64,000 bases of DNA from Myxococcota bacterium (GTDB lineage Bacteria; Myxococcota_A; Polyangia; Polyangiales; Sandaracinaceae). The notes below the pieces were generated by a model. That model was given only the letters and a program-made list of their open reading frames with translations, made no database searches and was not told the origin of the DNA. Numbering within the stretch: the first letter of the stretch is position 1; every line of letters begins with the position of its first letter. The stretch spans positions 32,001 to 96,000 of the forward strand of contig JAYZQJ010000004.1 of NCBI GenBank assembly GCA_036149055.1. The letters run 5' to 3'. Position numbers and translations under genes: made by a program. Of this stretch, positions 38,217-49,379 are shown piece by piece.

Positions 38217-38825
38217 TCAGCTCGCAAAGGAGAAGATGGCCCGCAGCGCGTCGACGTCGCGGCGGCTCCGCTTCGTCATCGGCTCCAGCCCCACGATCGC
38301 GTCGCGCGGCACGCGGCGGGCCAGGATGACCCCATTCGGAGCCACGAAGACGGTCACGCCGGCGGCCCGGACTCGCCCGGGATCGACCGCGAGCATGACG
38401 TCGACGGCCGCGCGCTTGCCGACCACGCTCTCGAGCTCGGCCGCGAGGTGCACGTGGGTGCGCCGCCCCGGCGCGAGGCCGGACGCCGCGATGCTCTCGA
38501 GCGCGGCGCGCGAGGTGCCGTGCCAGATCGGGGCGTCTCCCTCGTGCGCTCTCCAGGTGGCCTCGAGCGCCTCCCGCGTGACCGGCACCCCGGCCGCGCT
38601 GTGACCCTGGCAGGCCCGCACGCGATCGCCGTCCAGCTGGAGTCGGCGCTTCCGGTTCGTCTGCACCGCGTGCTCGAGCTGCGCGCGGGACATGCGGAGC
38701 CGCGCGAGCACGTCGGCGACCGGCGCCCAGCCGGCGGCGTCCATCGGGAGCCCCTCCTCGCCCGCGCCGTGGCGCAGCAGCCACGAGAGCTTCTTGCTTC
38801 TTCGGATGTCGTTCTTGGTTTGCAT
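38217..38825 (-). CDS. kptA: RNA 2'-phosphotransferase (Tpt1/KptA)
   Basis: SKKLSWLLRH, KRR, RACQGHS, WHGT, RTHVHLA, NGVIL motifs; start re-picked at MQTKND. Confidence 0.92.
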   Translation of the reverse strand: MQTKNDIRRSKKLSWLLRHGAGEEGLPMDAAGWAPVADVLARLRMSRAQLEHAVQTNRKRRLQLDGDRVRACQGHSAAGVPVTREALEATWRAHEGDAPIWHGTSRAALESIAASGLAPGRRTHVHLAAELESVVGKRAAVDVMLAVDPGRVRAAGVTVFVAPNGVILARRVPRDAIVGLEPMTKRSRRDVDALRAIFSFAS

Positions 38826-38900
38826 GGCCCCATGGTGGCGCTCGCCCGCAATCACCGGAAGTAGTAGTTTCGGAGTCATCATCACGAAACGTGAGTCCTG

Positions 38901-39749
38901 ATGCCGAACCTCGAGTGGCTGCGCAGCTTCGTCGTCTTCGCCGAGCATCTCAACTTCACCCGCGCGGCGGAAGCGCTCCACCTCTCGCAGCCCGCCCTGC
39001 ACGTGCAGGTGAAGAAGCTCGCCGAGCAGCTCGGGGTCACGCTCTACGAGCGCCGGGGCCGCGGGCTCGCGCTCACCCCGGACGGGCGCCGCGTGCTCGC
39101 GTTCGGCCGCGAGCTGCTCGCGCGCTGCGAGCGCTTCTCCGACGATCTCCGGGGAGCGCCCCCGTCGCGCGCGCCGGTGCTCGCGGCGGGGGAGGGCGCC
39201 TTCCTCTACCTCCTGCCGCTCGCGAGGCTGCGGGCGAGCGCGCCGATCGACGCGCGGGTGGTCGACGGCGAGGAGGCGCTCCGGGCGGTGCGCGAGGCGG
39301 AGGCCGACGTCGGGGTGGCGGCGGTCGACGCGGGCGATCTCGAGACGCGCGCGCTCGCCGACGTCGGCAGCGCGCTCCTCGTGCCCTCGCGGCACCGTCT
39401 CGCCGGGCGCGCGCGCGTGCGGGCCGCCGACCTCGACGGTGAGCGGCTGGTGCTCCCGCCGGCGGGTCGCCCTCACCGTCAGGCGATCGAGCTCTGGCTG
39501 GCTGGCGCCGGGGCCCGGGTGGAGATCGCGGCCGAGGCGCGCGGCTGGCCGCTGACCCTCCGCCTCGCCGAGGCCGGGCTCGGGCTCGCCATCGTCAACG
39601 ACCTCTGCCCCACGCCGAAGCGCATGCGCGCGATCCCGGTGCGCGGCCTCCCGCGTCGGCGCTACGTCGCGTTCCGGCGCCCCGGCGCCCTCCGCTCGGC
39701 GGCCGCCGAGCGCCTCTGGGAGAGCCTCACCTCCACGACCGGCGCGTGA
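38901..39749 (+). CDS. LysR family transcriptional regulator
   Basis: LNFTRAAEALHLSQPALHVQVKKL...LTPDG. Confidence 0.92.
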   Translation: MPNLEWLRSFVVFAEHLNFTRAAEALHLSQPALHVQVKKLAEQLGVTLYERRGRGLALTPDGRRVLAFGRELLARCERFSDDLRGAPPSRAPVLAAGEGAFLYLLPLARLRASAPIDARVVDGEEALRAVREAEADVGVAAVDAGDLETRALADVGSALLVPSRHRLAGRARVRAADLDGERLVLPPAGRPHRQAIELWLAGAGARVEIAAEARGWPLTLRLAEAGLGLAIVNDLCPTPKRMRAIPVRGLPRRRYVAFRRPGALRSAAAERLWESLTSTTGA

Positions 39750-39800
39750 AGACCGCCCGTGGGCTCGACGACCTCACCCCCGCGGTGGCATCACCCCGAC

Positions 39801-40181
39801 GTGGGCTTCTGGTTCCTGGTCATCCTCACGGTGCTCGTCACCGGCGTCTTCACGCGGGAGCTCTGGCGCGCGGCGGCGCCTGGGCTCCGGGCGCGGCGTC
39901 GGCGCGCGAAGATCGAGGGGGAGCTCGAGCGGCGCACCGAGTCGGCGCTCGACGCGCCCGGGGCCACGCCGGAGCGGGCCGTGGTCCTGCCGAGCGCGTC
40001 GGTGGTCGAGGTCCGCGCCGCCTCGGAGAGCTGCCCGGTCTGCGGCGAGCGCTCGTTCGTCGAGCGTCACGTGGTCGAGACCTTCGGGGGCCGCGCGCTC
40101 CGGGTGGTGTGGCTCAAGTGCAAGCGCTGCGGCCACCGCCGCCCGTTCTACGCCCAGATCGACGCTCCGGTGGTGAACTGA
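39801..40181 (+). CDS. Membrane-anchored zinc-ribbon hypothetical protein
   Basis: N-terminal TM helix; CPVC...CKRC; start uncertain. Confidence 0.6.
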   Translation: MGFWFLVILTVLVTGVFTRELWRAAAPGLRARRRRAKIEGELERRTESALDAPGATPERAVVLPSASVVEVRAASESCPVCGERSFVERHVVETFGGRALRVVWLKCKRCGHRRPFYAQIDAPVVN

Positions 40182-40241
40182 GCTGTGCTGAAATGAGCCA
40201 GGGGGCTGGCGGATCGGAGGGCCAGGCGCAAGGCTCGGGCC

Positions 40242-41138
40242 ATGCGTGACGTGCTGAGCGAGCTGACCGAGATCCTCACCCTCGAGCGGATCGAGGAGAA
40301 CATCTTCCGCGGGCAGAGCCAGGACCTCGGCTGGGGCCGGGTCTTCGGCGGGCAGGTCCTCGGGCAGGCGCTGTCGGCGGCGGAGCAGACGGTGCCGAGC
40401 GATCGGTCGGTGCACTCGCTCCACGGCTACTTCCTCCGCCCCGGCGACGCGAAGAAGCCCATCGTGTTCACCGTCGACCCCATCCGCGACGGCAAGAGCT
40501 TCACGACCCGTCGCGTGGTCGCGGTGCAGGACGGCCACGCGATCTTCAGCCTCTCGGCGAGCTTCCAGATCGAGGAGGGCGGCCTCGAGCACCAGGCGGA
40601 CGAGATGCCCGACGACGTGCCCGGGCCCGACGGCCTCCGCTCGGAGCAGGAGCTCGGCAAGCGCTACCTGGAGCGCCTCCCGGAGGCGGTGAAGAATTCG
40701 TTCCCGAAGGGCATGCGGGAGCGGGTGGTCGCCGACCGGCCGATCGAGATCCGGCCGGTCAGCCCCCTCGACCCGATGAACCCGGACGTGCGCCCGCCCC
40801 GGCGCCACGCGTGGTTCAAGGCGAGCGGCGCGCTGCCCGACACGCGGGCGATCCATCAGTACATGCTCGCCTACGCCTCGGACTTCCACCTGCTCGGCTC
40901 GACCATGCAGCCGCACGGGGTCACCTGGCTGACGCCCGGCATGCAGGTGGCCAGCCTCGACCACGCGATGTGGTTCCACCGCCCGTTCCGCTTCGACGAC
41001 TGGCTGCTCTACGACATCGACGCGCCGTCCGCCCAGGGCGCGCGGGGGCTCGCGCGCGGCCGCTGGTTCACCCGCGACGGCGTGCTCATCGCGTCGACGG
41101 CCCAGGAGGGCCTGATCCGCGATCACCGCAAGAAGTGA
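40242..41138 (+). CDS. tesB: Acyl-CoA thioesterase II
   Basis: RVFGGQVLGQA, HSLHGYFLRPGD, AYASD, ASLDHAMWFHRP, STAQEGLIR. Confidence 0.95.
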   Translation: MRDVLSELTEILTLERIEENIFRGQSQDLGWGRVFGGQVLGQALSAAEQTVPSDRSVHSLHGYFLRPGDAKKPIVFTVDPIRDGKSFTTRRVVAVQDGHAIFSLSASFQIEEGGLEHQADEMPDDVPGPDGLRSEQELGKRYLERLPEAVKNSFPKGMRERVVADRPIEIRPVSPLDPMNPDVRPPRRHAWFKASGALPDTRAIHQYMLAYASDFHLLGSTMQPHGVTWLTPGMQVASLDHAMWFHRPFRFDDWLLYDIDAPSAQGARGLARGRWFTRDGVLIASTAQEGLIRDHRKK

Positions 41139-41205
41139 ACGTCGCGATTCGCCACGTCGGGCGGCTGCGCACGGCGTGGGGGCCCTGAATCGGGCACGAT
41201 CCCGG

Positions 41206-41220
41206 TGGCACGGCGCCTGC
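41206..41220 (+). promoter_or_regulatory. Putative sigma54 -24/-12 promoter
   Basis: TGGCACG-GCGC-CTGC (GG-N10-GC), 13 nt upstream of ATG 41234. Confidence 0.55.
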
Positions 41221-41233
41221 GAAAGTGGGCGGC

Positions 41234-41863
41234 ATGTCGACGGAAGAACGATGGATAGACGTGGTCGGCTCGCTCCAGCACCACGGCATGCTCACCGGCG
41301 TGGAGGAGGGGCTGGTGCCCTGGGACCAGGAGGTCACGCCGAGCCTGCTGATGCGCCTGATCCGACGGCACTACCGGATCGCGCCCGACCTGATCGAGCT
41401 CGCCTGGCGTCGGCAGCAGGACCACTACCTCGAGACGACCGACGGACAGCCGGTGGACTCGGTCGTGGCCGCCATCCGTCACGCCTGGCCGACCGCGCTC
41501 GACGGCCTCGAGGCCCGGCTGGAGAGCAACCAGCTCATCGTGCGCTCGGGTGAGGAGGAGGTCGCGCTCTACCGGATGCTGCGCCACGCGCGCTTGAACC
41601 GCCGGGTGATCGCGCCCGCCGACGAGCCGCGTCACGTGGTGGGCGGCGCCAACGTGCTGCTCGCGCGGATGGGCGTCGGACAGCGCTTCATCGAGCTGAA
41701 CCTCGGCCGCGGCCGGCAGGGCTTCATCGGCACGTCGCGGGACGGCGCCCAGGTGCTGTTCCGCTTCGGCCTCAGCCCGCGCCGCACCCTGCCGGAGGCC
41801 ATCGCCTTCGGCCGCTGGCAGGAGGCGCAGCGCGCCGAGGCGCCTCAGGCCCAGGCGATCTGA
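41234..41863 (+). CDS. Hypothetical protein
   Basis: Protein-like composition, GC3-rich frame, no recognised motif. Confidence 0.65.
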   Translation: MSTEERWIDVVGSLQHHGMLTGVEEGLVPWDQEVTPSLLMRLIRRHYRIAPDLIELAWRRQQDHYLETTDGQPVDSVVAAIRHAWPTALDGLEARLESNQLIVRSGEEEVALYRMLRHARLNRRVIAPADEPRHVVGGANVLLARMGVGQRFIELNLGRGRQGFIGTSRDGAQVLFRFGLSPRRTLPEAIAFGRWQEAQRAEAPQAQAI

Positions 41864-43795
41864 TCACTCCCCGAAGTCGCAGCCGCCGGGGCAGCTCGCC
41901 GGCGGCGCGATCACGGGGGCGCCGGCGCGCACGCTGCGCACGAAGGCGAAGATCTGCTCGCGGGCCGCGTCGCCGGCCGGCGTGTCCCGGGCGGCGAAGC
42001 CGTGCACCGCGAAGCTGTCGCCCGGCGGCGCGCGGAACTGCGTGAGCCCGCTGGCCATCGTCTCGCCGGCGACCGGCGCCACGCCCACCACCGGCTCGAG
42101 CACGCCGCCGACGTGGACCGCGCCCGCCGTCACCGCGGCGATCTCCGTGCCGGGGTTCGGCAGGATCGGGTCGCCCATGCTCTCCTGGAGCAGGAAGGTC
42201 GTCGGGCTCTCCGCGAGCACGTCCGTCCACGAGGCGCCGTCCGCCATGTCGAGGTTGGTCTGCGCGATGCTGAGCGCGAGCGCGAGGTCGATGTCGTCGT
42301 CGTGGCGGAGGCTCAGCAGCCCGTGGATGAGGTCGAAGGTCTCGGAGTGCCAGACCCACTGCGACCAGGCCGCGCCGGGCACGTTGACGACCGCGTTCTC
42401 CACCTCGGGATCGGCGGCGGCGTAGACCAGGCCGGTGGTGCCGCCGAGCGAGCCGCCCACCCACATGCGCAGCGAGCGGTCGGGGCGACGGCCCGCGATC
42501 GGGCTCGGCTCGCCGACGAGGGTGTCGGCGGCGAGCGCCTCGCCGAGCACGCCGGGCATGGCCGCGTCGATCGCCGCCGCGTGCGCGAGCGCCTCCACCA
42601 GCGAGGCGGCCGCCGCGTAGCTGCCGGAGAACGCCTGCTGCAGGCCGCCGAAGGTGCCGAGCACGTCGGTGTCGGTCCAGCCGTAGAGCCGCACGCCGAC
42701 CTTGGCGAGGCCCTCGGCGCCGAGCTCGGAGTCGAAGGCGTCGTCGCCCTCGTTGCCGCCGGTGCCGTGGCCGTACATCACGTACGGGTAGTCGCCCTCG
42801 CCGGCCGGGACGAGCAGCCGGAAGGGCGCCTCGGCGGTGCCGAGCTCGGTCGGCAGGCCGTCGTCGCCGGGCACGAAGCCGCCCTCCTCGGCGAGGAAGG
42901 TCGGCAGGCCGGTGATCGCGCCGCGCACGACGGCGGCGATCGCCGGATCGTCGGGGGTGTCCACCCGATCGATCCGCGCCTCGACGCGGCCCTCGCGCAC
43001 CGCGTCGAGCGCCGTCTGCCGCACGTGGATCATCGCCGCCCGCGGGTCGCGCGCGCTGCGGGTGGTGAACTCCCAGACGCGCAGCACCCGGGCCGGGTCG
43101 ATGGAGAGCTCGTCGAGCAGCGCGCGGGTCGGCGCGTGGTAGCCGGCGGCGTCCGCCTCCTCCGCGGTGGCGGGCCGGCGGAGGCCGAGCGCGGCGAGGG
43201 TGCCGGGGGGCGCCTCGAAGTCGCCGCCGTCGGTGGGGCGCAGCCCGTCGTCGATCACGACCACGTAGTCGGCGTTCGCGGCGAGGACCTCGCGCGGGTC
43301 GGCGATCACCACCGTGGCCCCGCCGTCGACCGTCAACGTCTCGAGCCGGAGCGGGACCTCGCGGCCGCGGTCGGGGTGACCGCTCTGCGCGAGGTAGAGG
43401 TGCACGCCGTCCTCGAGGCTCGCCTCGTCCACCGGCCGCTCGAAGTGGGCGAGGATCGGGGTCACGCGCGAGAAGCCGTCGGCCAGCGAGAGCGAGGCCC
43501 CGTCGTCGCGCGCGTTGATCGACGCCTCCGACACGGAGAGCCGGAGGCCGGTCTCGGTGCTCGAGTCGGCCACGGTGAAGGTGTTGGAGGGCCAGGGCAG
43601 GAGGCAGCGGCCGGGGTCGACCACGTCGCACGGCGCGCTCCGCGGCGCCCGCTCTCCCTCGGCGCGAGGCGTCACCTCGAAGTGCGCGTCGACCATGTCG
43701 CCGCCGTCGGGAGCGGCGGCCCCGTCGTCGCAGGCCTGGAGGCAGAGGAGGAGGGCGAAGAGGCGGAGCGTACGCACGCGCGGAGCGTAGCTCAC
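41864..43795 (-). CDS. Lipoprotein with Ig-like N-terminus and alpha/beta-hydrolase domain
   Basis: LQAC lipobox; CLLPWPSN, DGFS, MYGHG, GGSLGG nucleophile elbow, GDPILPN, HG. Confidence 0.75.
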   Translation of the reverse strand: MSYAPRVRTLRLFALLLCLQACDDGAAAPDGGDMVDAHFEVTPRAEGERAPRSAPCDVVDPGRCLLPWPSNTFTVADSSTETGLRLSVSEASINARDDGASLSLADGFSRVTPILAHFERPVDEASLEDGVHLYLAQSGHPDRGREVPLRLETLTVDGGATVVIADPREVLAANADYVVVIDDGLRPTDGGDFEAPPGTLAALGLRRPATAEEADAAGYHAPTRALLDELSIDPARVLRVWEFTTRSARDPRAAMIHVRQTALDAVREGRVEARIDRVDTPDDPAIAAVVRGAITGLPTFLAEEGGFVPGDDGLPTELGTAEAPFRLLVPAGEGDYPYVMYGHGTGGNEGDDAFDSELGAEGLAKVGVRLYGWTDTDVLGTFGGLQQAFSGSYAAAASLVEALAHAAAIDAAMPGVLGEALAADTLVGEPSPIAGRRPDRSLRMWVGGSLGGTTGLVYAAADPEVENAVVNVPGAAWSQWVWHSETFDLIHGLLSLRHDDDIDLALALSIAQTNLDMADGASWTDVLAESPTTFLLQESMGDPILPNPGTEIAAVTAGAVHVGGVLEPVVGVAPVAGETMASGLTQFRAPPGDSFAVHGFAARDTPAGDAAREQIFAFVRSVRAGAPVIAPPASCPGGCDFGE

Positions 43796-46700
43796 ATCTT
43801 GCGGTTGCGTGCCTCTTCGAGCAGCCGGGTGAGCTCTTGCTTGCTCATCGGCTTGACGAGGTGTCGATCGAAGCCGGCGGCGTCCGCCTTGTCCTTGTCC
43901 TCGGCGCGGCCGTAGCCGGTGAGCGCGACCAGGAAGTGGGCGACGCCGTTCTCCGCCTGGCGGATCCGCCGCGCGACCTCGTAGCCGTCGATGCCCGGCA
44001 GGCCGATGTCGACGAGCGCGAGGTCGGGCTGCGCGTCGAGGATCGCGCCGATCGCGCTCTCGCCGTCGCCCACCGCGATCGCCTCGTGTCCGCGCATCTG
44101 CACGAGCATCTGGAGCATCTCGCGGTTGTCGTCCTGGTCCTCGACGACCACCACCCGGAGCGAGGCCTGATCCCCGTCGGTGACCGGCTCCTCGTCGGTG
44201 TCGTCGGGCAGCGCGCCCTTCGCGACCGGCAGCTCGATGAGCACCTCGGTCCCCTTGCCCCGGCCCTCGCTCTTCGCGCGGATGGTTCCGTCGTGCGCGT
44301 CGGCGATCTTGCGCGCGAGGCTGAGCCCCACCCCGAGCCCGCCCATCGCGCGGTCGATGTCCTGCTCGCGCTGGTAGAAGAGCTCGAAGATCTGGGCCGC
44401 CTCCGCCGGCGCCATGCCGACGCCCTCGTCCCGCACCCAGACGCGCGCGAGGTCCCCTTCGCGCTCCACCGTCAGCCGCACCGCCTTGCCGCGGTCGGTG
44501 AACTTCACGCCGTTCATCAGGACGTTGGTGATCATCTGCTGGAGGCGCGACGGGTCGGCCACCAGGCGCACGTCGGGCAGCTCCTCCGGCCCCTCGAGCT
44601 TCACGCCGCGGGCGCGCGCGGTGACCGCGACGGTCTCCAGGCTGCGCTCGACGACGGTCGCCAGGGTGACCGGCTTCTTGCGCATCTCCAGCCGATCCAT
44701 CGTGAGCCGGCTGACGTCGAGCAGGTCCTCGAGCAGGTCGCGCACGTGCTGGGTCTGGCGCTTCATCACCGCCAGGGCGCGGCTCGCCTCTTCGTCGTCG
44801 CGCCGCTCGACCACGTGGGCCGCGTTCGCGATGGCGGCCAGCGGGTTGCGCAGCTCGTGCGACAGCATCGCGAGGAAGCGATCGCGCTGTTCGACCGCGC
44901 GCCGCTGCTGCTCCTCGACGAGCTTCCGGTCGGTGATGTCGAGGCTGACGCTCGCGACCCCCACGTTGGAGCCGTCGGCGCCGGGGAAGGCGAACTTCGA
45001 GGTGAGGAAGGTGTGGGCCTCGCCGTCGAGCGAGACCGCCTCCTCGATGATGACGGGATCGCCGGTCGCGAGGACCCGCTGCTCGGTCTCGTCGAGCGGG
45101 CGCGCCTCGTCGGGGGTGAAGAGCCGCCGGGCCTCCTGGCTCGCCATGGTCAGCCGGCCCTGCGGGTCTCGCGCGGTGATGGCGAAGGGGCTGTGCTCGA
45201 GGATCGCCTGCAGCTCGTTCTCGCGCACCTCGAGCCGCGCCTCGGTCTGCTTCACCGCCGAGATGTCGATGAGGGTGAGGACCACGCCCTCGATCCGCTC
45301 GCGCGGCTGATAGGGGAGGATCCGCAGCAGGTAGCTCTGCCCGGCCTGGTCCTTCACCTCGCGCTCCACGCGCCCGGCGCCGTTCTTCACCGCGTGCAGG
45401 TCACGGGTGAGGTCGGCGTGGCTCAGGCGATGCGAGAACGACTCGATCGAGCGGCCGATGTCCCGGTCGATGAGGTTGAAGGTCTCGGCCATCTTCGGGG
45501 TGAACTTCCGGACGCGGAGCTCGGCGTCGAGGAAGACGGTGTGCACCTCGGTCGCCTCGAGCAGGTGCTCGACGTCGTTGGTCAGCTGCTGGAGCTCCGC
45601 GATCTTCTGCTGGTGCTCGGCGTTGACCGTGTAGAGCTCCTCGTTGACCGACTGCAGCTCCTCGTTCGCGCTGTGGAGCTCCTCGTTCGAGGCGATCAGC
45701 TCCTCGTTGGTGGCCTGCAGCTCCTCGTTCGAGGCCTCCATCTCCTCGACGGTGGCCTGCAGGTTCTCCTTCGCGTAGCGGAGCTCGAGCTCCAGCGACT
45801 CGACGCGCTCCTTGGCGAGCCCGTCCCGCGGCCGGGTCTCGGCGTCGTCGTCGTCGAGGAGGCGCTCGGGCGCGGCGCGCTCCTGGAAGGTGATGAGGAA
45901 GGCGTCGCTGTCCCCCTCGATCATCTCCGCGGTGAGCTGCAGCATCTGCTCGCCGTCCGACGTCCGGTGCGGCACCGCCTCGAAGCGGATGGGCTTGCCG
46001 GGGCCGTGCTCGCGGGCGCGCTTGAGGGCGCTGGCCAGCGCGTACTTGAGCTCCCCGTCGACCATGTCGAGGATCTGGAGGCTGGCCGCGCCCTCGCGGT
46101 GGGTGAGGAAGCGGCTCGCGCCGCCCTCGCTCCGGATCAGGGTGTGGTCGCCCGAGACGATGAGGCTCGCCGGGGCGAAGCGCTCGAGCAGGAGGCGCCG
46201 GGAGCGCTCGAGCAGCTCGTCCGGGCCGCTGCGCCGCGGCTCCGGCCGGCGGCGGGCGCGGGTGAGCGAGCGCAGCTCGGGCGGCAGCCGGACCTCGCGG
46301 CGCTTGCGGTAGATCTTCCAGCGCCGGTGCACCGGGGCGAGCTCGTCGCCGAGGCTGCCGGGGCTCTCGCTCGGCCCGAGCATGAGGATGCCCTGGCTCT
46401 TGAGGCCGAAGTGGAACAGCGCGAGCGTCTTCCGCTGCGCCTGGGGCCGCAGGTAGATCAGCAGGTTGCGGCAGACCACGAGGTCGAGCCGGGTGAACGG
46501 CGCGTCGCGCAGGACGTTGTGGTAGGCGAAGACGATCTGGTTGCGCAGCTCGTCGCGCACCCGGAAGCGGTCGCCCTCGCGCGCGAAGTAGCGGTCGCGC
46601 CGCTCCTTGCCGAGCTCCGCCAGGCTCTCCTCGGCGTAGACGCCGCTCGAGGCGACCTCGAGGGAGCCGCGGTGCACGTCGGTCGCGAACAGCCGGAGCT

Positions 46701-47736
46701 TCGGCTTGCGGTCGAGGCTCCGGAACGCCTCGTGGGCGGCGATCGCGACCGAGTAGGCCTCCTCACCGGTGGCGCAGGCGGCCGACCACACCCGGAGCGG
46801 CTGACCCTCCTCGAGGTTCTCGATCAGCTCGGGGAGGATCTCCTGCTCGAGCTTCACGAACGCGTCCGGGTCGCGGAAGAAGCTGGTCACCCCGATCAGC
46901 AGGTCGCGGTAGAGCGCCTCTCGCTCGGTCGGGCTGTCCCGCAGCTTGTCGAGGTACTCGTCGAGATCGCGGGCCCCGGTCATCAGGAGCCGGCGGTCGA
47001 GGCGGCGGCCGATGGTGCTCGCCTTGTAGGCGCCGAAGTCGACGCCGGTGTCCTTGGCGAGCACCTCGAAGATGCCCTCGAGCCCCTCGTGCTGCTCCTC
47101 GACCAGGAACGGGCGGTCGTCGCGCGAGACCCGCTCGGAGTAGCGGGCGATCGCCTCGCCGATCTGCGCCGGGCCGAGCACGAGGTCGACGTCCCCGGTG
47201 TCGATCGCGCTCATCGGCATGCCGTCGAAGCGCGCCGACGGCGGGTCCTGGGCGACGACGAGGCCGCCCGCCTGGTGAACGGCCGTGCAGCCTCGGGTGC
47301 CGTCGCTCCCGGTGCCGCTCAGGATCACCGCGCACGATCGCGGGCCGGCGTCCTCGGCGAGCGATCGGAGGAAGGCGTCGATCGGCAGCCAGATGCCCTT
47401 GTCCGGCTCGCGGTCCTTGAGCAGGAGCCGGCCGGCGCTGACGATCATCTCGACCTTCGGGGGCATCAGGTAGATGACGCCCTGCTCGACGGGCTGCTCG
47501 TGGGTGGCGATCTCGATCTGCCAGTCGGTGTGGGCCGCCAGCAGCTCGTCCATCTTCGTCTCGAAGTCGGGCGAGAGGTGCTGGACCACCACCAGCGCGG
47601 CCGGGAGCCGGTTGGGGAGGCCCGCCAGCAGCTCCTGCAACGCCTGCAGGCCCCCGGCGGACGCACCCACCCCCACGACCGTCAGCGGGGGCTGTCGGTC
47701 TCCCGACTCCCCCGAATCGTGCGTCTGGTCTGACAC
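43792..47736 (-). CDS. CheB/CheR fusion hybrid sensor: methylesterase - methyltransferase - coiled coil - PAS - His kinase - receiver
   Basis: [46 protein letters not shown] heptads; [24 protein letters not shown]; start uncertain (GTG 47736 or 47775). Confidence 0.92.
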   Translation of the reverse strand: MSDQTHDSGESGDRQPPLTVVGVGASAGGLQALQELLAGLPNRLPAALVVVQHLSPDFETKMDELLAAHTDWQIEIATHEQPVEQGVIYLMPPKVEMIVSAGRLLLKDREPDKGIWLPIDAFLRSLAEDAGPRSCAVILSGTGSDGTRGCTAVHQAGGLVVAQDPPSARFDGMPMSAIDTGDVDLVLGPAQIGEAIARYSERVSRDDRPFLVEEQHEGLEGIFEVLAKDTGVDFGAYKASTIGRRLDRRLLMTGARDLDEYLDKLRDSPTEREALYRDLLIGVTSFFRDPDAFVKLEQEILPELIENLEEGQPLRVWSAACATGEEAYSVAIAAHEAFRSLDRKPKLRLFATDVHRGSLEVASSGVYAEESLAELGKERRDRYFAREGDRFRVRDELRNQIVFAYHNVLRDAPFTRLDLVVCRNLLIYLRPQAQRKTLALFHFGLKSQGILMLGPSESPGSLGDELAPVHRRWKIYRKRREVRLPPELRSLTRARRRPEPRRSGPDELLERSRRLLLERFAPASLIVSGDHTLIRSEGGASRFLTHREGAASLQILDMVDGELKYALASALKRAREHGPGKPIRFEAVPHRTSDGEQMLQLTAEMIEGDSDAFLITFQERAAPERLLDDDDAETRPRDGLAKERVESLELELRYAKENLQATVEEMEASNEELQATNEELIASNEELHSANEELQSVNEELYTVNAEHQQKIAELQQLTNDVEHLLEATEVHTVFLDAELRVRKFTPKMAETFNLIDRDIGRSIESFSHRLSHADLTRDLHAVKNGAGRVEREVKDQAGQSYLLRILPYQPRERIEGVVLTLIDISAVKQTEARLEVRENELQAILEHSPFAITARDPQGRLTMASQEARRLFTPDEARPLDETEQRVLATGDPVIIEEAVSLDGEAHTFLTSKFAFPGADGSNVGVASVSLDITDRKLVEEQQRRAVEQRDRFLAMLSHELRNPLAAIANAAHVVERRDDEEASRALAVMKRQTQHVRDLLEDLLDVSRLTMDRLEMRKKPVTLATVVERSLETVAVTARARGVKLEGPEELPDVRLVADPSRLQQMITNVLMNGVKFTDRGKAVRLTVEREGDLARVWVRDEGVGMAPAEAAQIFELFYQREQDIDRAMGGLGVGLSLARKIADAHDGTIRAKSEGRGKGTEVLIELPVAKGALPDDTDEEPVTDGDQASLRVVVVEDQDDNREMLQMLVQMRGHEAIAVGDGESAIGAILDAQPDLALVDIGLPGIDGYEVARRIRQAENGVAHFLVALTGYGRAEDKDKADAAGFDRHLVKPMSKQELTRLLEEARNRKM

Positions 47737-47851
47737 CGCTGCGGGGAATCCTATGTCCGGCCCGGTCCCCCACAACCACTTATCTACAATTGCGAAGGGC
47801 GCGCGGCCGAAGCCTGCGCGCCCTCCGCGGATCGGCGGCCCGACGAGCTCG

Positions 47852-49249
47852 TCAGGCCGCCACGTGGCTTTTCGAGATGCCCTTCTTCTTGAGCTTCTCG
47901 ACCAGGGTCGTCCGGTTCATCTGGAGGATCGAGGCCGCCTGGTTCTTGTTCCAGCCGGTCCGCTCGAGCGCCTGCACGATGAGCGCGTTCTCGAACTGCT
48001 CGACCGCGTCCTTCAGGTCCAGCCCCGCCTCCGGGAGGATCGGGTTGCCGCCACCGTCGGCCGCCGCGGCGCCGCTGGCCTCGCGGATGCGCGCCGGCAC
48101 GTCGTCGAGGGTCAGGGTCTCCCCCTGGGCCAGGACGACCATGCGCTCGACGGTGTGGCGCAGCTGGCGGACGTTCCCGGGCCAGTCGAAGCCCTGGAGG
48201 GCCGCCAGCGCCGCGTCCTCGATGCGGGTGATGTTGCGGTTCCGGCGCCGGCTCGCCTCGGTGATGAAGTGGCCGACGAGGTGGGGGATGTCTCCGGGGC
48301 GCTGCCGGAGCGCGGGCAGCTCGATCCGGATCACGTCGAGCCGGTAGAGGAGGTCCTCCCGGAAGCGGCCCTTCTCGGCCATCTCCTCGACGTCGCGGTG
48401 GGTCGCGGCGACCACCCGGACGTCGACCTTGTGGCTCTTGGACTCGCCGACCGGCCGGATCTCGCCCTCCTGGAGCACCCGGAGGAGCTTCGCCTGGAGC
48501 GAGAGGTCCATCTCGCCGATCTCGTCGAGCAGGAGGGTGCCGCCGTCGGCGACCGCGAAGCGCCCCTTGTGCGCGCTGGTGGCCCCGGTGAAGGCGCCCT
48601 TGGCGTGCCCGAAGAGCTCGCTCTCCATCAGGTTCTCGGGGATCGCGGCGCAGTTCATCGGGACGAAGGCGCCCTTGCGGCGCTCGCTCGCCCGGTGGAT
48701 CGCCTGCGCGACGAGCTCCTTGCCGGTCCCGGTCTCGCCGGTGATGAGCACCGAGCAGTCGGTGTCGGCGACCCGGCGCACGATGTCGAAGACCCGCATC
48801 AGGGTGGGGTCCTCGCCGATGATCTCCGGGCAGTGCTCGGTCCGCCACGCGGCCAGGTCGTCCTCGGTGGCCGGCGGCGCCGCGCCGAGGGAGCGCGCGC
48901 TCTGGACGCGCTCGAGGCTGTTGTCGAGGGCCTCGAGCGAGAAGGGCTTGGTCAGGAAGTCGTCGGCGCCGTGGCGGAGCGCGGAGATCGCGTGGTCCAG
49001 GACCGCCTGGCCGGTCATGACGATCACCGCCGCGCGGCTGGCGTGCACGTGGTCGACCACGCTGAAGCCCTGTCCGTCGGGCAGCATCACGTCGGTGAGG
49101 ACGACGTCGACGTCGGGCTCCGCCTCGAGCACCTCGCGGGCCTCCTTGCAGCTGCCCGCCTCGAGGATCTCCTCGCCACGCCGGCGCAGGTGCCTCGCGA
49201 GGCTGCGCCGGAGCGTCTCTTCGTCTTCGACGATCAGGATTTTCGACAT
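47852..49249 (-). CDS. sigma54-dependent response regulator (NtrC family; FleR/FlrC/FleQ-like by context)
   Basis: ILIVEDE, TDVMLPDG receiver; GETGTGKE, GAFTGA, WPGNVRQL; NRTTLVEKLKK HTH. Confidence 0.92.
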   Translation of the reverse strand: MSKILIVEDEETLRRSLARHLRRRGEEILEAGSCKEAREVLEAEPDVDVVLTDVMLPDGQGFSVVDHVHASRAAVIVMTGQAVLDHAISALRHGADDFLTKPFSLEALDNSLERVQSARSLGAAPPATEDDLAAWRTEHCPEIIGEDPTLMRVFDIVRRVADTDCSVLITGETGTGKELVAQAIHRASERRKGAFVPMNCAAIPENLMESELFGHAKGAFTGATSAHKGRFAVADGGTLLLDEIGEMDLSLQAKLLRVLQEGEIRPVGESKSHKVDVRVVAATHRDVEEMAEKGRFREDLLYRLDVIRIELPALRQRPGDIPHLVGHFITEASRRRNRNITRIEDAALAALQGFDWPGNVRQLRHTVERMVVLAQGETLTLDDVPARIREASGAAAADGGGNPILPEAGLDLKDAVEQFENALIVQALERTGWNKNQAASILQMNRTTLVEKLKKKGISKSHVAA

Positions 49250-49379
49250 CGCGTGGGGCCTCCCGCCTCCATGGATTTCGTCCGACACCCCGAACGGCGG
49301 AGGTGTCGGATTTTTGACCCTAACCAGGATCAAAGCTGATTTCCTCAAGCTCGGCCAGCTTTCGACCGTTGACGAGGGC

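Noticed and set aside
27579..47733. Very long antisense or alternate-frame ORFs (e.g. 27579-31238, 32816-37723, 43837-47733)
   Set aside because: Shadow ORFs expected in ~73% GC DNA opposite well-supported genes, with no recognisable motifs.
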